DNA from: Azolla caroliniana
Lineage: Eukaryota > Plantae > Polypodiophyta
Reading direction: 5' to 3'
DNA: 64,000 nt
Assembly: GCA_043228905.1 (NCBI GenBank)
Contig: JBHGNT010000001.1
Coordinates: forward strand, 6,758,001 to 6,822,000
Shown here: positions 25,401 through 38,815 of the stretch, one piece after another
Position numbering within the stretch: position 1 is the first letter of the stretch
Layout: each line of letters starts with the position of its first letter
Position numbers and translations under genes: made by a program
Notes under the pieces: model-generated
Database searches by the model: none
The model's input: only the letters and a program-made list of their open reading frames with translations
Told to the model about the DNA's origin: nothing

Positions 25401-28400
25401 ACAATACAGAAAAGAATAATAACTTTGTGCATTTTAGTACCCAGAATTTTTGTGATCTCTCATAGCGAACACTGAATTATTACAACAAATTTATATAAAA
25501 ATGCCTAGAAAAAGAAATGGGTTTAGTACAGTGCCTAATGAAAACTTAATACCTATAAATGCTTCCTCACCGATCATCAAACCTCATAGTTCGCAGTCAG
25601 CACCTACTTACCCCTACACAAATGAGCAACTAAATTGTTGTTCGATAGAGCCATCAGAAACAACCAATGTCGTAGGGAAAAACATCCTTTATAATTCCCC
25701 AAAATCCTCCTGAACTTTCCATCCTACAAAGAGAATTCCAAACATCATGCAATGCACGAAAACAGTCATGTCTCCCAACTAACTAGAAGTCAAAGTTTAG
25801 GGAAAAGCTCCAAAGTAACTCATAGTTTTTCTTTATTTCCTTAACTGCCCCTAATTTCAATTATTTCCGAAAAGAACAATTTATATGTGATCTTCGACCA
25901 ATTCTATGCTATCCTCTGTTTCTTAATAACATGTGCTTTGTAGGCTTATGTCATCAATTCATCCGCCCTTTTTTCCCTTTCAGTGACTGAAAAAGAGAGC
26001 TGCGAGATACAACAAAATAGTAATATTTGGGGAAATAATAAAAAACATTGCGAGTATTTCAGAGTTCTTTTACCTAAATATTACTTAATCGAAAATTACA
26101 GATCACTCAATGAATTTGCCCAAACCTATCATTGGCTATGTAAATTGAACCATCTAATAGACATCATGACTTCCATATGCAATGAATGATTTACACGGGT
26201 TATTAAATAGATAGAATGAAGTATGCATGAAACATCTTTACCACTCATCCATAATCAGAAAGGCATAAATAAATCAGTCAGTCATAATCTAAAGTATTAA
26301 CAAGAGATATACTTGGAAAATTTTAAAACCCAAAATACCCAAGTTTTTCTTTATTTTCTAAAAAACCCTAAGTTCTTAGTATCCTTTATATGCAGTCAAA
26401 TAGTAAATTCATCCTCCTCCAAAGGCATCTGAGGAAAACAAAGTAATGCCTGGTTATTTCCCTAAATTAAATATTAATCTAGGAGTGAACTTTTCTAATC
26501 ACTTTGGTATAACAACTTGCCAATTACCTTCTTGCTTGCCTCTGTCTCCCTTGCTGCTTCGTTTTCTTTTGAAGATGACCTTGGTTTTGTACAATGAGAA
26601 CTGTCTTTCGTGGTGATCACATCAGCATCAGCCTTTGTAGATGGCATTTTCTTTCCCTTTTGTAAAGCTGTTCCTTTGCTACCTGTGGCCTTTTTCTTGA
26701 TATCCGAACATTGACCATTGTTATGATCAGCCTTTCTTTTTTTGTTTGGCTTTTCTTTCTTCTTTTTTACACTACTGATATCAGTCTGTGGAGACTTCTG
26801 GTTGAATAGCTGCCCATCTCTTCTCTTTGCAGAACGTGTATTATAATAACGAGACAAGAAAAACCCAATTGGCATGTCCATTTCATCATCCGTTGGCAAT
26901 TTAAAATTTTCTTTGGAAAACTCAGGCGCATCTTTTGTCTGAGTTTCAACCTCATTTTTGTTGTTCTCTTCTTGTAATGAGTCGTTATCAATCCATTTCT
27001 CTGATAGTTCACCTTCTTCAAGATCATCATTATCTTCTAGAGTAGTACTATGTACAGTATTTCCACTTTTTCCTTCATTTGAATCATCTACATTGCTACA
27101 TGGTAACAAAAAATCATCACACGACGAAAGGGATGATACTTCGTTCTTTTCATCGCATCTGTAAACCATTAAGGGCACCTCATGTTCTGTTTGAAAGCAT
27201 GAAACTTCTCTTCCTTCCTTTTCACATGGTATAGCAATATCAGCACAAGCAAAAGAAGAAGAGATGTTATTATTTTTATTGCATTCCATTGAGTTGTCCT
27301 CATTGTTACATGGTATAGCAATATCCTCACAGTGCAAAGAACAAGATGCCCTATTATTTCCATTGCTTTGCTTCAAGTTACACATATCGTTACATTGTAT
27401 AAGAATATCATCACAGTGCAAAGAGCATGATGATTCATTATTTTCATCCCCTTCAAATGTCCCGACAGATACCTCATGTCCTATTTGAATGCAGGAAATT
27501 TCTCCCCCTGGAACACCCTTTGAATCATCTACATTGCTACACAGTATAACAGTATCATCAAAAGGCAAAGAGCATGACACATCATTCTTTGCACTGTCTT
27601 CATTAACCCCTAAGGGCACCTCATCTCTACATAAACTGCCATTATGAATCATGTTAATATTATCCTCCATATCTGTTAGGTTACATGACCTTTGTCTCTG
27701 TATGTCTACAGGTATCACAAGATGTGAACTATTACATAAATTAATATTACGATTCATCTCCTCTTCATCTTGCATATCAACTTGTTTTGATGAAGTTTCT
27801 CTATGTATATCCATAGATACAGTAGGATACAAACTTTCACCTCCATCACTGTTATGAATCACATCCTCTTTATCTTGCAGATCACTTTGTTTGGATAGCA
27901 TTTCTTTGTGGAGATTCACATGCACCGTAAGATGTGAAATTTTGCATACATCACCATTACAAATCGTGCTGAATTCATTCTGCATATCACTTGGTTTCCA
28001 AGACACTTCTTTGTGCATATCCACAGGAGCCACAAAATGCGAAATTTCACTGCATACATCACCACTACAAAGCATGTTGGCTTCATTCTCCTTATTACAT
28101 TGTTTGTATAAAATTTCTCTGTGTATGTCCACAAGTGTCGCAGATCGTGAGCCACTACATGCATTTCCACTATCATGAATCGTGGCTTCTTCAACTAGGC
28201 TGCATAACATTTCTCTGTTTATACCAGTATCAGAAATTATGTTTTCTTTATCAACATTGTTGCATAACACTCCCCTATGAATATCCACATGTGCCACATT
28301 ATGTGAATCATTATGTGAATCCCCATAATCATGAGTTATGTTATCTTTCCCAACTTGGTTGTATAAGATTTTGGTGTGTATATCCACGTTTACTACATGA

Positions 28401-29530
28401 TGTGAGCCACTACAGCTTATATTATCTGTCTTGGAGTTCATATCATCAGATTTCGCATCATGCATATCAGCCAATTCAACATGAAACACTTGATCATCAA
28501 TACTCGAACAAAAGACATCATCGATGCCACTTATATCAAAAATTTCTTTTTGATTATATGAAATATTTCTGGATAAATCCCCATTAGAGAATGTTCTATC
28601 TTCATGCTTCATGTCCATTTGGTTGCATAATACTTCTCTGTGTAAACCATCATTTCTCTGTGGGTCATTGCGCCTTACATCAATCTTAGAAGGAACATCA
28701 GTATTCATTTCGATGACATCTATAATACCTGATATATTATAGTTTATATTCTCCAGCTCCAAAGCCATAGCGTGATGTATTTTGTCATTAGATTTGATGG
28801 TGTCCATCTTTGAAGGAACATCAGTATTCATTTCAATGACATCCATCTTAGAAGGAACATCAGTATTCATTTCAATGACATCCGTCTTAGAAGGAACATC
28901 AGTATTCATTTCGATGACATCTATAAAACCTGAACCCTTACAGTTTATATTCTCCAGCTTCAAAGCCATATCGTGATGTATTTCGCCATCAGATTTGATG
29001 GTATCCATGTTTGAAGACGTATCAAGATGCACTTCACCATTAAAGCTTGTATTACCCTTTCTAGAAGCCATATCGTTATGCATTTCGCCATCAGAGTGCA
29101 TTTGGAAAGGAAACATTTTTGAATCAGACCTCACAATGGTATCATCATCACTCATATTCACAACAATACGATCGCTAAAACGTGAAGATAAAGAAGCAGA
29201 GATGGCATCAATTCGATGAGGAAGACGCCCTTTGATGGATTTCTTGTTCTTACCTGAGCAATGAGAGAAAGTGAGAGGAGGAGGAGGAAGCCATGGAAGC
29301 TGAGGTTTGCTCAGCTCTCCAAGATTAGCGAAGAGAAACTCTGTGAACTTCAGGAATCGGTCTCGCAACCTGTGTGACGGAATAAAATCTTGAATCACTG
29401 GAGAAGAATGCAACGATGTTGATGTTGATGGTGATGGTGATGGTGATGGTAATGGTGATGGGGATGGAGCTGAAGAAATATTCCGACAATCTTCTTCTTC
29501 TCCATCTCCTTCATCCTCAGCTAGAGTCAT
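22439..29530 (-). CDS. Large zinc finger CCCH domain protein (3 CCCH fingers, C3H7/C3H65-like), about 1389 aa in 6 exons
   Basis: In-frame GT-AG exons: 29530-26528, 24289-24230, 24146-23985, 23882-23832, 23754-23614 and 23191-22439. Fingers are CQFYIKGKCNKGVDCSFSH, CKYFKNNCCLKGEDCLFSH and CKFFHTRGHCLDMESCRFSH, preceded by a DDLEEGEL motif and basic NLS-like tracts. Confidence 0.9.
24600..25800 (-). mobile_element. Possible old LINE remnant in intron 1 of the CCCH gene
   Basis: Broken frames include PPVCAFIWL..GL (zf-RVT-like) and FWGIIKDVF (RT-like). Heavily decayed. Confidence 0.3.
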
Positions 29531-29789
29531 CCTCGGTTCAGAGGAGATCTGCGCGGCGTGAAGAAGAAGAAAGGTAGAAAAACCCTAATTTTGTGCAGAC
29601 ACAGATTCTGAGAGGTTTTTCAAAGCGCCTAGTTTGTGTAGATATTTAGAAAAAAACCAGTATTGTATTAATTTGTTAATTATATGAGAAATTTACTATC
29701 TTTAATTACATATCTAAACATGGATTAATAACTTCAAAGAAACTAAACTTTCCTTTTTTCCTCCAAAATTTTCATTGAATTACATGCAT

Positions 29790-29795
29790 GTAGTA

Positions 29796-29830
<35 letters not shown>

Positions 29831-29897
29831 ACAAGGTAGTAGTAATAGTAGTAGTAGTAGTAATAGTAATAGTAATAGTAGTAGTAGTAGTAGTAGT
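29790..29897. repeat. (AGT)n/(AAT)n microsatellite
   Basis: Long TAG/TAA triplet run. Confidence 0.95.
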
Positions 29898-30349
29898 GTC
29901 TTCGAAAAATTCTACGTTTTAAATACGTACATAGCCTTCACAAGTTTTTGAAGAGTAGATGATGATACTTGCGAAATGAGTCGATTGCTCTCTACTCGTC
30001 AAGCAAAAATACCAACCTGATTAAGATAATGACACGTTTAACTTTTTGCTTTTGGTTTTCCATCCAGATAAATACTCATTGGCTAATGAAACGTTGCTAA
30101 ATTAATCGTGTGCGCATAGTCATTTACAAGTTTTCTGAATTATAGGCTTACTGTGAACATTCATGTGATTTGGAGCCAATACTCTGACCATGCAAACTGA
30201 AAACATGACTTTGTTCCAGTAAATTTCCCATAACTATATTGCCTTAACTTAAGGGAAGTTTATAATTACACATCGAGAACATTGGGGATGGAGAACCTGG
30301 CCTAATCAACTCTATTACTTGACTCGGCAATATGAGAGGTCTTGAGGCC

Positions 30350-30716
30350 ATCTTATATTGGTATCGGTTAATAATTAGGTAATTAACTAGGGTTAATTAG
30401 TGACTAATTATGTGAGTAGTTAAGTAGCGGAAGATTATGTGATATTTGTGCGTATGTGTGTGAGAGGAAGAGAGAGAAAGAGAGAGAGAGGAAGATACAC
30501 TTATGAACGATAATGTAAAATGGGGGATGATTAACAAGAGTGTAGCTAAAGACCTTTCCTCTATATTAATAAGCATCAAAATACAACGATATCCTCAATG
30601 AGGTATAGATATATCTCATGTGCAAGGTCAACACACTAACTACATTCTATCTAGGTAACTACTAAGTTACGCGGTTAACCAAATGGCTAAACTAAGTTGA
30701 GCTTGATATCTCAACA
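30350..30716 (-). mobile_element. Diverged LTR related to the solo LTR at 9638-10102
   Basis: Shares GTAGCGGAAGAT..TGTG..GCGTATGTGTG..GAGAGGAA and the terminal GTTGAGCTTGAT..CT.AACA. The left boundary and TSD are not resolved. Confidence 0.55.
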
Positions 30717-31308
30717 TATCAAATAGTTATTTGCATTTTGCTTTAGTACTTCAGGAACTACCAAAAAGTGGTGGCTAAGGTGATAAAGTCAAGATGGTAA
30801 AATGCAACAATAAAAATATTAACATGTATGGTTGAAGATCATTTCAATAACGGGACAAATGCTCCAACCAATTGATCAAGATACCTAACACGGTATCTAA
30901 GATCATGGAATTGATGCTTTATCAACTGAAGGCCTTATGATGACATCAAACTCTATGAACCACCAAAATGCGGTGGTGGAGAGGGTGAATGTAACAAGTT
31001 ACATGATCCTCTATCAAGGCAAAATGTAAGGATGATGTAAAAATATATACAAATAAGGATTTGAGTATGGGATGGATCATGATCTAAACAAGTGGTTAAA
31101 TTGATTGGTTCAATACAAGAGTAGCAATAAGTATTTGTGCCTTAATATTGGAGTATTCTATGAGCTAGTAAAAGGTAGTTGTCAATAGAGTGAATTTACA
31201 AGATCATCAATCCCCAATAAGCCTCTACATCTCTTGCTCTAATGCCACAATTTGGCTTGCAAGGTAAAGCTAGCTTAAATAGAATATGCATGATACATGT
31301 ATTCTTTC

Positions 31309-31766
31309 TGTTACAGGCATGACCATATAATATCCCGTGGTAAGTTTTACCGTAGTATTCTATACACGTGGATAAAGTGTGAGGGTTAAATGAGAGCGTA
31401 AAGAAGGGAAGGATTACTTTTAATCTTTGGGATTGGGACAACCCATTAGGCCAAGTGTGAACTTGCTTGGGGGTCAAACTCTTAGGTTTGGCTATAAATA
31501 TGAGGCCTAGCTACCCTCATTTGATATCTCTTGACTACATCGAAATTCTGTCCCTGTGGTGGGTCAACTCTTGTAGTGAGCGCGCCAATACCAAGTACGC
31601 CACAACACCACGACGATGGTATGGAACGCCGATGGAGGCTCAAGTCCGTCTTGATCCTTCGCTCGGGGGTGATCGAGTGGATCGACACCCTTTTTTCTCT
31701 CTCCTCTCTTATTTTTCTATTTATATTGTCCTTATCATATGCTTACATTAGTAGCTAGCTCTAACA
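31309..31766 (+). mobile_element. Solo LTR (458 bp) with 5-bp TSD
   Basis: TGTTA...TAACA ends. TSD CTTTC at 31304-31308 and 31767-31771. GGCTATAAATA TATA box at about 31490. Confidence 0.9.
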
Positions 31767-32426
31767 CTTTCTTACCAATAAGCTCCATTTTTACAAACTC
31801 TCTAACAAAAGAAGAAGTTGAATCGGAAACAATGTTGAACTCGAGAAACAATATAGGAAAACCAACTCATTTATTTACAAGAAGAACAAAATTGCTTATT
31901 TATAGATGCCTACATTAGGTAGTTGTAGATGGTACCTACATGTGTAGGGTGTAAAGATAATCCTACATATAAGCATGGAGAGAGAGACATTGTAAACTCT
32001 TGGCCATTTGTGACCTTTTGGTGGGAGACTGTAGAAAATAGGACACTTTAAGGAAAACTTGTCAAATTAGTGTGAATCCTCCCCCTGATTATATAAGACG
32101 GAGAAAAGAGGCTTGAAGAGTGGTGGCTTGTGTATGAGTTTTTGTGTGGTCAATTGAGTGAATGTTGATCACTACGTGAAAGATCCTACAGTATACTATT
32201 ATTTGTGTGAAGGTCAAGCACAACCCTCTGTTTCTATTTGGTGTATTTTGTCTGTCTCTCTCGTAAATCAATGTTTGTTATTAAAACAAGATGACAATAA
32301 AACCCTTGCTATCTTCACTACTTCATAAATAGTGATAGTGCAAGGGAAACACTCTCAAGTGTTGCAAAACTAGATGACGTTTCTCTATCTCCTCTTGGGA
32401 CAATGTCCCCATACAACACAGATGTG

Positions 32427-32462
<36 letters not shown>

Positions 32463-34904
32463 TCTTTTAGTGACCATCTGTGTTGAAATATTTCTATTGT
32501 AATAGAGATTGCCAGGATACCTTGTTATCATCCAAACTCCAATACTCTCAACATAGAAATGGCAACTATATGATTGGATTTAAGGTTTTCTTCCACTTGT
32601 TGGTAGTTTATTCTTTAGTTTAAGTATAAGCTTCATGTTTAGGCTTAGATAACAACTTTGAGTGTAAGGTTCGATGTTTAGTCTCAAATAATAACACAAA
32701 AAAGTGATTATTATATTGTGTGGGTTTGAATCTATGTTTTAGGATATGAGGCAAATTAGCATCAATGGTCAAGTTTCAATCAATGTTGGTGGTATAGCTT
32801 ATGCTTAAGTTTTTGGATTATTGTAAATTGGGCCATCGCGAATTCTTCCTCCTCGAGAAAAGACAACATATTGACTATATTAGACATTCTAATTGTTGTA
32901 AATTGTAATACTGATGAAGATGTCTTGAAGGATGAATTCCTTGTAAATGATCTTAGTGCACATTATAGATAGATCTAGAACGTATCAAGATGAAGTATCC
33001 TTGCATCTTATGGTTGGTATTCCTATATTGCATGTCCACAAAGCACGTGTGTTTTTTCAAGATTACAAATTTTCTACATATATTACAATGTACACTTTTT
33101 CATGACAAGAAAATGGCCATCTCCAACTTTCTTTGATGTGTTATCTAGGTCGAAGTCTCTTGTTTCTTGAACATGCATGTTCATTCTATAAATTCTATAA
33201 GGAGACATCATTTTGCATATATTGTCTATGTGCATTGTGCATCATCACTTACTCATGTCAACATCAAGAACATTATATTTTCACTTTCACTGTCATCGTC
33301 ATTGGATTATCTGGTAGTTTGGTGGTGTTTATACCATGTAGATATATAAACTTCTACTTCCTCATATTGGAGAAGGAAAGCTTCACAACAAAGATATTAA
33401 CTTGTTTCTTTTCAAGCTCTAACTAGTTACGTAACAAGTTTATCGAGTGATTACTATATACCTTAATCCTTCCAATTGTGCTCTTCATCTAACAATGCCA
33501 TAAAAAGATTCATTGAGGAAGTAATCATACAAATGTTAGACAAGAGTTTTTTACCTTGAAACGAATCATTTTAGCTAACTATGATTTCAATGATAAAATT
33601 GTATTGATAACCTTATTTATCGAGCCATGGAAATTACAAGTTTTTATCACTTTTGAAATAAATAGTTAAACATATTAGTTTCTCTATCAATAAACATGAC
33701 TCATCCTTCATTTGATATGGGCCACTAGGTTACCCCCCTATGTTTTCTATTCATGTAAGGAGTCGGGACAAATCAATCATTCACATTGTTAACAATGACA
33801 TATCATTCAATTCAAAGTGTTCTTTATGCATGCCACACCTTAGAAGATTATGATAACTCAATGAGACAAGTTCCCAAAACTATGGTTCATGATCTTGTTA
33901 TTATTCCTTGTACCGTCCATTTACATTAAACATATGGAACACCATGTGAATGTTCTTTTTTCTATTTCATTGCATGTTTGAATCTAGAATTTAAATATGT
34001 TTTTTTCTACTTGTTTTCGAATATAATGTCAAAGTCACTTTGAACCATATGCTTTTATGTGCTCATTTCTCATGTTCAACCTACCTGGATTTAGATAATC
34101 AAATCGTAATGCTCCCGAAACATCACTTCATATGTACATATCACTTCACCAAAATCATTTAGTCCTTTTATTATTTTACAACACAATTTCTTGTACTTGT
34201 CTTGTCTAAATCTCCGACATTACATTCAAGGGGGCAAATTTTTGGAATGTTATTGATAAAAAGGTGGCATTCCTCATTCCTCATCGCCTTCCAAAGGATT
34301 TATAAGTCTTCAATTTCACGAGCAAAATATATACTTTTTGAGTTTTGATTTAAAATAACGATGATCAAGTCATCATCACACACGATTTTGGTGCAATAAT
34401 TCCAACATTTGAGAACTACTTTCAAATATAGGGATTCCACGACAAATTGGCCAACGTCAAGAGAATATCTTTAGACCAATAGTAAATACGAGGATATAAT
34501 AAATGTATAGAGAGAGCTCATATGAGTTTAAAACAAACATTAAGAAACTCAGGATGGTCCACGTCAAAAAGTTTAAGGGTCCACAAGTAGCAAAACGAAA
34601 CATAAAGAGGTTAAAACTTGCATTGTGCTTTAAGCTTTGAACCCGGTTAAAGTCATTCATTCACCCCTTGGTCTTGAACTCTTTACTCGTTGGCACGTAT
34701 ACCTTATATACTCATCGCCTCCGTTACTTTCACATTCTTTTCGAGATTCTAATGCACATGATAATTAAACAATGGGAACGTTAGCGGCATACAACATCGA
34801 TGAGAAGCGGTTGTTAAACCGACGTAGTGTTTGTTACTATTATATTTCAAGGTTGAAAAAAATGAGGGACCGCAAATTGTGTGTGTGTGTGGCGTGGGGG
34901 GGCA

Positions 34905-35046
34905 CCCTACCAAATTTGGTAGAGATATGTCCGCCTGAATTATATACATGTTTGCCCAACCCGAATTCGGTCGAGAAAGGCCCGCCCGACCCGAATTCGG
35001 TTGAGAAATGTCCGCCTGACCTGAATTCGGTCGAGAAATGTCCGCG
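34905..35046. repeat. 30-bp tandem array with palindromic core CCGAATTCGG (probable DNA-transposon subterminal repeats)
   Basis: Cores at 34961, 34991 and 35021 (exact 30-bp period), plus a diverged CCAAATTTGG copy at about 34910. Confidence 0.75.
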
Positions 35047-35665
35047 AGAATGGGGATACACAATATATACATATATAAATGGATGGCCATGGTGAGGTGG
35101 AGGAATCTAGTGGAGGGAGAGGCATTTTTTTACAAGAGAAAGGGCCTGTCAATATAAAGACAAAGAGAAGACACCACCAAATTAGCACCCCTGTTGATGA
35201 TGAAGGCCATGACATATGCCTCATTGGAGAGTACTCTGTGTGTGTGTGTCATACAATCTCTGATTAGATTAATGAACCATCTTTGAGATGCATCATCAAT
35301 CATGCCAATATTTCAGAATGCTGTAATCTTTAAAGAATTTCTACCATCCGATCATGATTTCTTAGTATGCGTGTAATATATCTGCTGTCCTTATACCATA
35401 CTTTGTGTATAATACTTGCATAATACTATGTATAATACTGATTAGTTGGAGGAGGAGGAGGAGGAGGTTAGAAGAAGAGGAAGAGGAAGAGGAAGAGGAA
35501 GAGGAAGAGGAATCAGAGCTTGCCCATCAACGAAAATCCATGATCATTAACGCATATCCATTCTCCAGTAGATAATTAGATCATAGAATTTACAGAAATA
35601 AGGAGAAGGATCGCTCCGAACCAAAGTTTCATCGAGAGGTCCAAATTGTCAAGTGATTTAAATAT

Positions 35666-36211
35666 ATGGAGACTGAGATGGTCATGATCGAAGTCCCTGC
35701 CATGGCCAATTATATGGAGACTGAGACGGCCATGATCGAAAGCCTCTCCATGCCCAATTATAACTGTACCATTTCATCATCATTGTCTTCATGTCCATCT
35801 TCTTCCTCTGTTTCACCCTCCTCTTCTTCGTCCTCCTCATTGTCCTTACCATCACCATCTTCTTTTTCATCACCATCACCATCAACATCACCATCACCAT
35901 CACCATCTTCTTCTTCTTTTTCTTCTTCTTTGATGTCTTTATTGTTTGCCCTTACATCAGTTGCAGAAGCAGCAAAGTCTAATATACGTTTCATGGCAGC
36001 TAGTGTAATATCATCATCACCCGCTAAACAGAACGTCACTAAAGAGATTCAGATGACGCCAACTTTCATGGATATTGCTACGCAGGAGCTTAATGACATG
36101 GTGACCTTTATGCTTCAGGATATAGGTTGCAATATAAGTACTGAGAAAAACAAGATTAGATTGGATAATATAATGGAGACAGAGATGGCTTTCCAACAAC
36201 GAAATCGCTGA
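35666..36211 (+). CDS. Hypothetical low-complexity (Ser/Pro-rich) protein, 181 aa, no recognised family
   Basis: ATG-initiated 546-nt ORF preceded by (GGA)n/(GAGGAA)n leader-type repeats, with an internal duplicated METE.. motif. No domain recognised. Confidence 0.4.
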   Translation: METEMVMIEVPAMANYMETETAMIESLSMPNYNCTISSSLSSCPSSSSVSPSSSSSSSLSLPSPSSFSSPSPSTSPSPSPSSSSFSSSLMSLLFALTSVAEAAKSNIRFMAASVISSSPAKQNVTKEIQMTPTFMDIATQELNDMVTFMLQDIGCNISTEKNKIRLDNIMETEMAFQQRNR

Positions 36212-36953
36212 AAGATAGATTTTGCATATCCATCTGTCTATATATATCCCCGATAGAAAAACTTTGAGATACAATCATCTGAAACCAACAGAGATTTATT
36301 TTCCCCTGATCTGAGAATTCTACATTGTCATCGTAGCTTTCTGAACATCATATATAGACATACGTACATACATACATACGTTACGTACACACACACACAC
36401 ATGTGATGTTCAGAATGATTTCTCAGGTCAAAGAAAGTTCTGATCTGTAGTTTCTGGTGATAGTATACAATGAAGAGACTGACCATAATGTACATATATT
36501 TTTCTCAGATGAAAGAATATTCTGAACTGTATTTTCAAATGATTATATATAATGAAGAGACTGATCAGAATTTAATTATATTTTCCGAGGCGGAAGAAGT
36601 TTTGGGAGTATGAATGGCTTTCTCCAGATGAAAAAAATCACATTCTCTGCGTGTTCTGATGATTAAATACATATGCACGCCAATATAAGAAATGTTATAA
36701 TTGTCGCTGATTTCTCAGATCAAAGAACAAATTCTCTGTTGGTATCTCATGATTATATATATACGTGCACATATATCTATCTATCTATCTATATTTATTT
36801 ATAGACATCTGATGTGGTTTCAGAAAATTTGTATTTTTTGGATACATGGGGCAATGCTCAAAAAGAATGTAATTTCTCAGATCAAAGAACTATTTCTGGT
36901 TTGTGATTATTATTAATATGCTATTATGGAAGAGAAGCTGAAGTGCATATATT

Positions 36954-36956
<3 letters not shown>

Positions 36957-37007
<51 letters not shown>
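36957..37007. repeat. (AC)n microsatellite
   Basis: About 25 AC units. Confidence 0.95.
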
Positions 37008-37011
<4 letters not shown>

Positions 37012-38815
37012 ATATTTGTATTCCATACCATGGAAGATATATCTATCTAATGCAGTGTTGTATAGTATCATCAGAAATCCATGCGGAGTAGGTTGACATT
37101 TTGAGATATGTGTGTGTGAATGTGTGTTGATGATGATACTATACAACACTGTATTATATAGATATATCTTCCATAGTATGTAATACAAAATAACATCCCA
37201 TGATTTTAAGATAATAATACTGCAGAAATTCATGATCAAATCATGAACGAAGAACCATTAAATTTGTGGTGAAAGAAAATGTAGCTCTAATAATTCTTTT
37301 CATGGGAGCTCCCCATTATAAAGGGATATAAAGCTAATGTTTCAAAAGATTTCTGATGATATCTTCGAGGTTTCTATTTTCAAACAAGTTAATATTGACA
37401 GTATAAATGTGTGTGTAATATATGTTGCTGTAACTGACTGACTATGTAGAAAACCAGATAACACATCCTGGTATTTACCTATGCCCATGGAATCTCTCCT
37501 ACTTTCCAGCTGTGAGAATACTTGAATCTCCCTTCTTGCTGATACTGAGAATACCTACCCAATCCATTAAACACACACTCATAACAAATTCCATGATCTA
37601 CCTGACATGCCTTTCACTTTGATGATTCATCCAGATACCAAATCTAGCATAACCACAATCATAATCATTATCAGTCATTCAAAACTTATCTCTTTGACCT
37701 CAAGTATCATCCCAAAATGAGACATGATCTTGTGGCAAACCACAACAAAGAAACGAGGTTAGTTTAGACTAGAAGAGATTCAAAAATGTATCATAATATA
37801 ACCTCTTCATGATTACACAATGCACACTACATATCTTTTCAACCAATACCCAACAACACATAATCGTTTACAGACCCGCATGATATTTAATTTCCCAATA
37901 GCACATCCAGAGAGAGAATTAGCATGTCCAAACAGACATTTTGCGCTCTCGATCAGCAGTGATCTCTTGGCAGAATCTTTGCTAGATAGCAAGGTCTTTT
38001 GAATGGATGAGATATGAACTTTGAACACACCTCCAAGAACTTTTAGTAATCCATCAACATAATCTTGAATGTGGATTATTCCCATCTCGGACATGTAGCT
38101 CAAAAATGCTAAAATAACGAAAATAAAATTTCAAGATACCTTTTTGGAAAGTTATCCATTAGTACGAAATATACTTTTAACATCAAGAATGTACACTTCT
38201 TTAAGGGTTCCCACAACCATCAAAATGAAGATACATAAATACACCAAGTCCCTGCTTTACATAGCAGGGGAGCAATCCATCTCAATGGTTTAGTACTTAT
38301 CAGGGCTTCCAAGCATCACATAAACACTATTCTTTATGTTACAATGTGATCTTTGTATCAGCTTCTTTTATCCGAGTATATCTCAAGATGTATTATAATT
38401 CTCTGGTTCAATCTCCTCTCCTCTCTTCTCTGTCTCACCAACTCCACACTCTGTGAAAATGGTTTGCATTGTTGTCAGATGTCCTATTTGACCTCCAAGG
38501 ATGATTACAAAATCTGTATCTCTCTCTCTCTCTGGTGGGGGGGTGGGGGGGGGAAATATACAAAATTTAGCCTCAGCTCTCCTACATGCTCAATCCAGTA
38601 TTGTTATCAAGAGCATCGAAAGTTCCTATATATTCCATCCTGCATAGACATGGCTGTGCATTTGCAGGTACATGAACACACAAAGTTGGATGTACTCTTG
38701 AAGGAATTGGAATCACCATGAATAATTTATTTTCCAGTCTTCCAGCATGAATCTTTCTCGTCACTCCACAAACATCGCCCCATGTAAAGAAGCAAATAGA
38801 TTATGCAAAAATCTT

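Noticed and set aside
32400-34700. Possible decayed transposon coding region
   Set aside because: Many stops and no motif I can identify with confidence.
34905-35046. CRISPR-like palindromic repeats (also considered for 14935-15290)
   Set aside because: The units are contiguous or degenerate with no unique equal-length spacers, there are no cas genes, and the context is eukaryotic.
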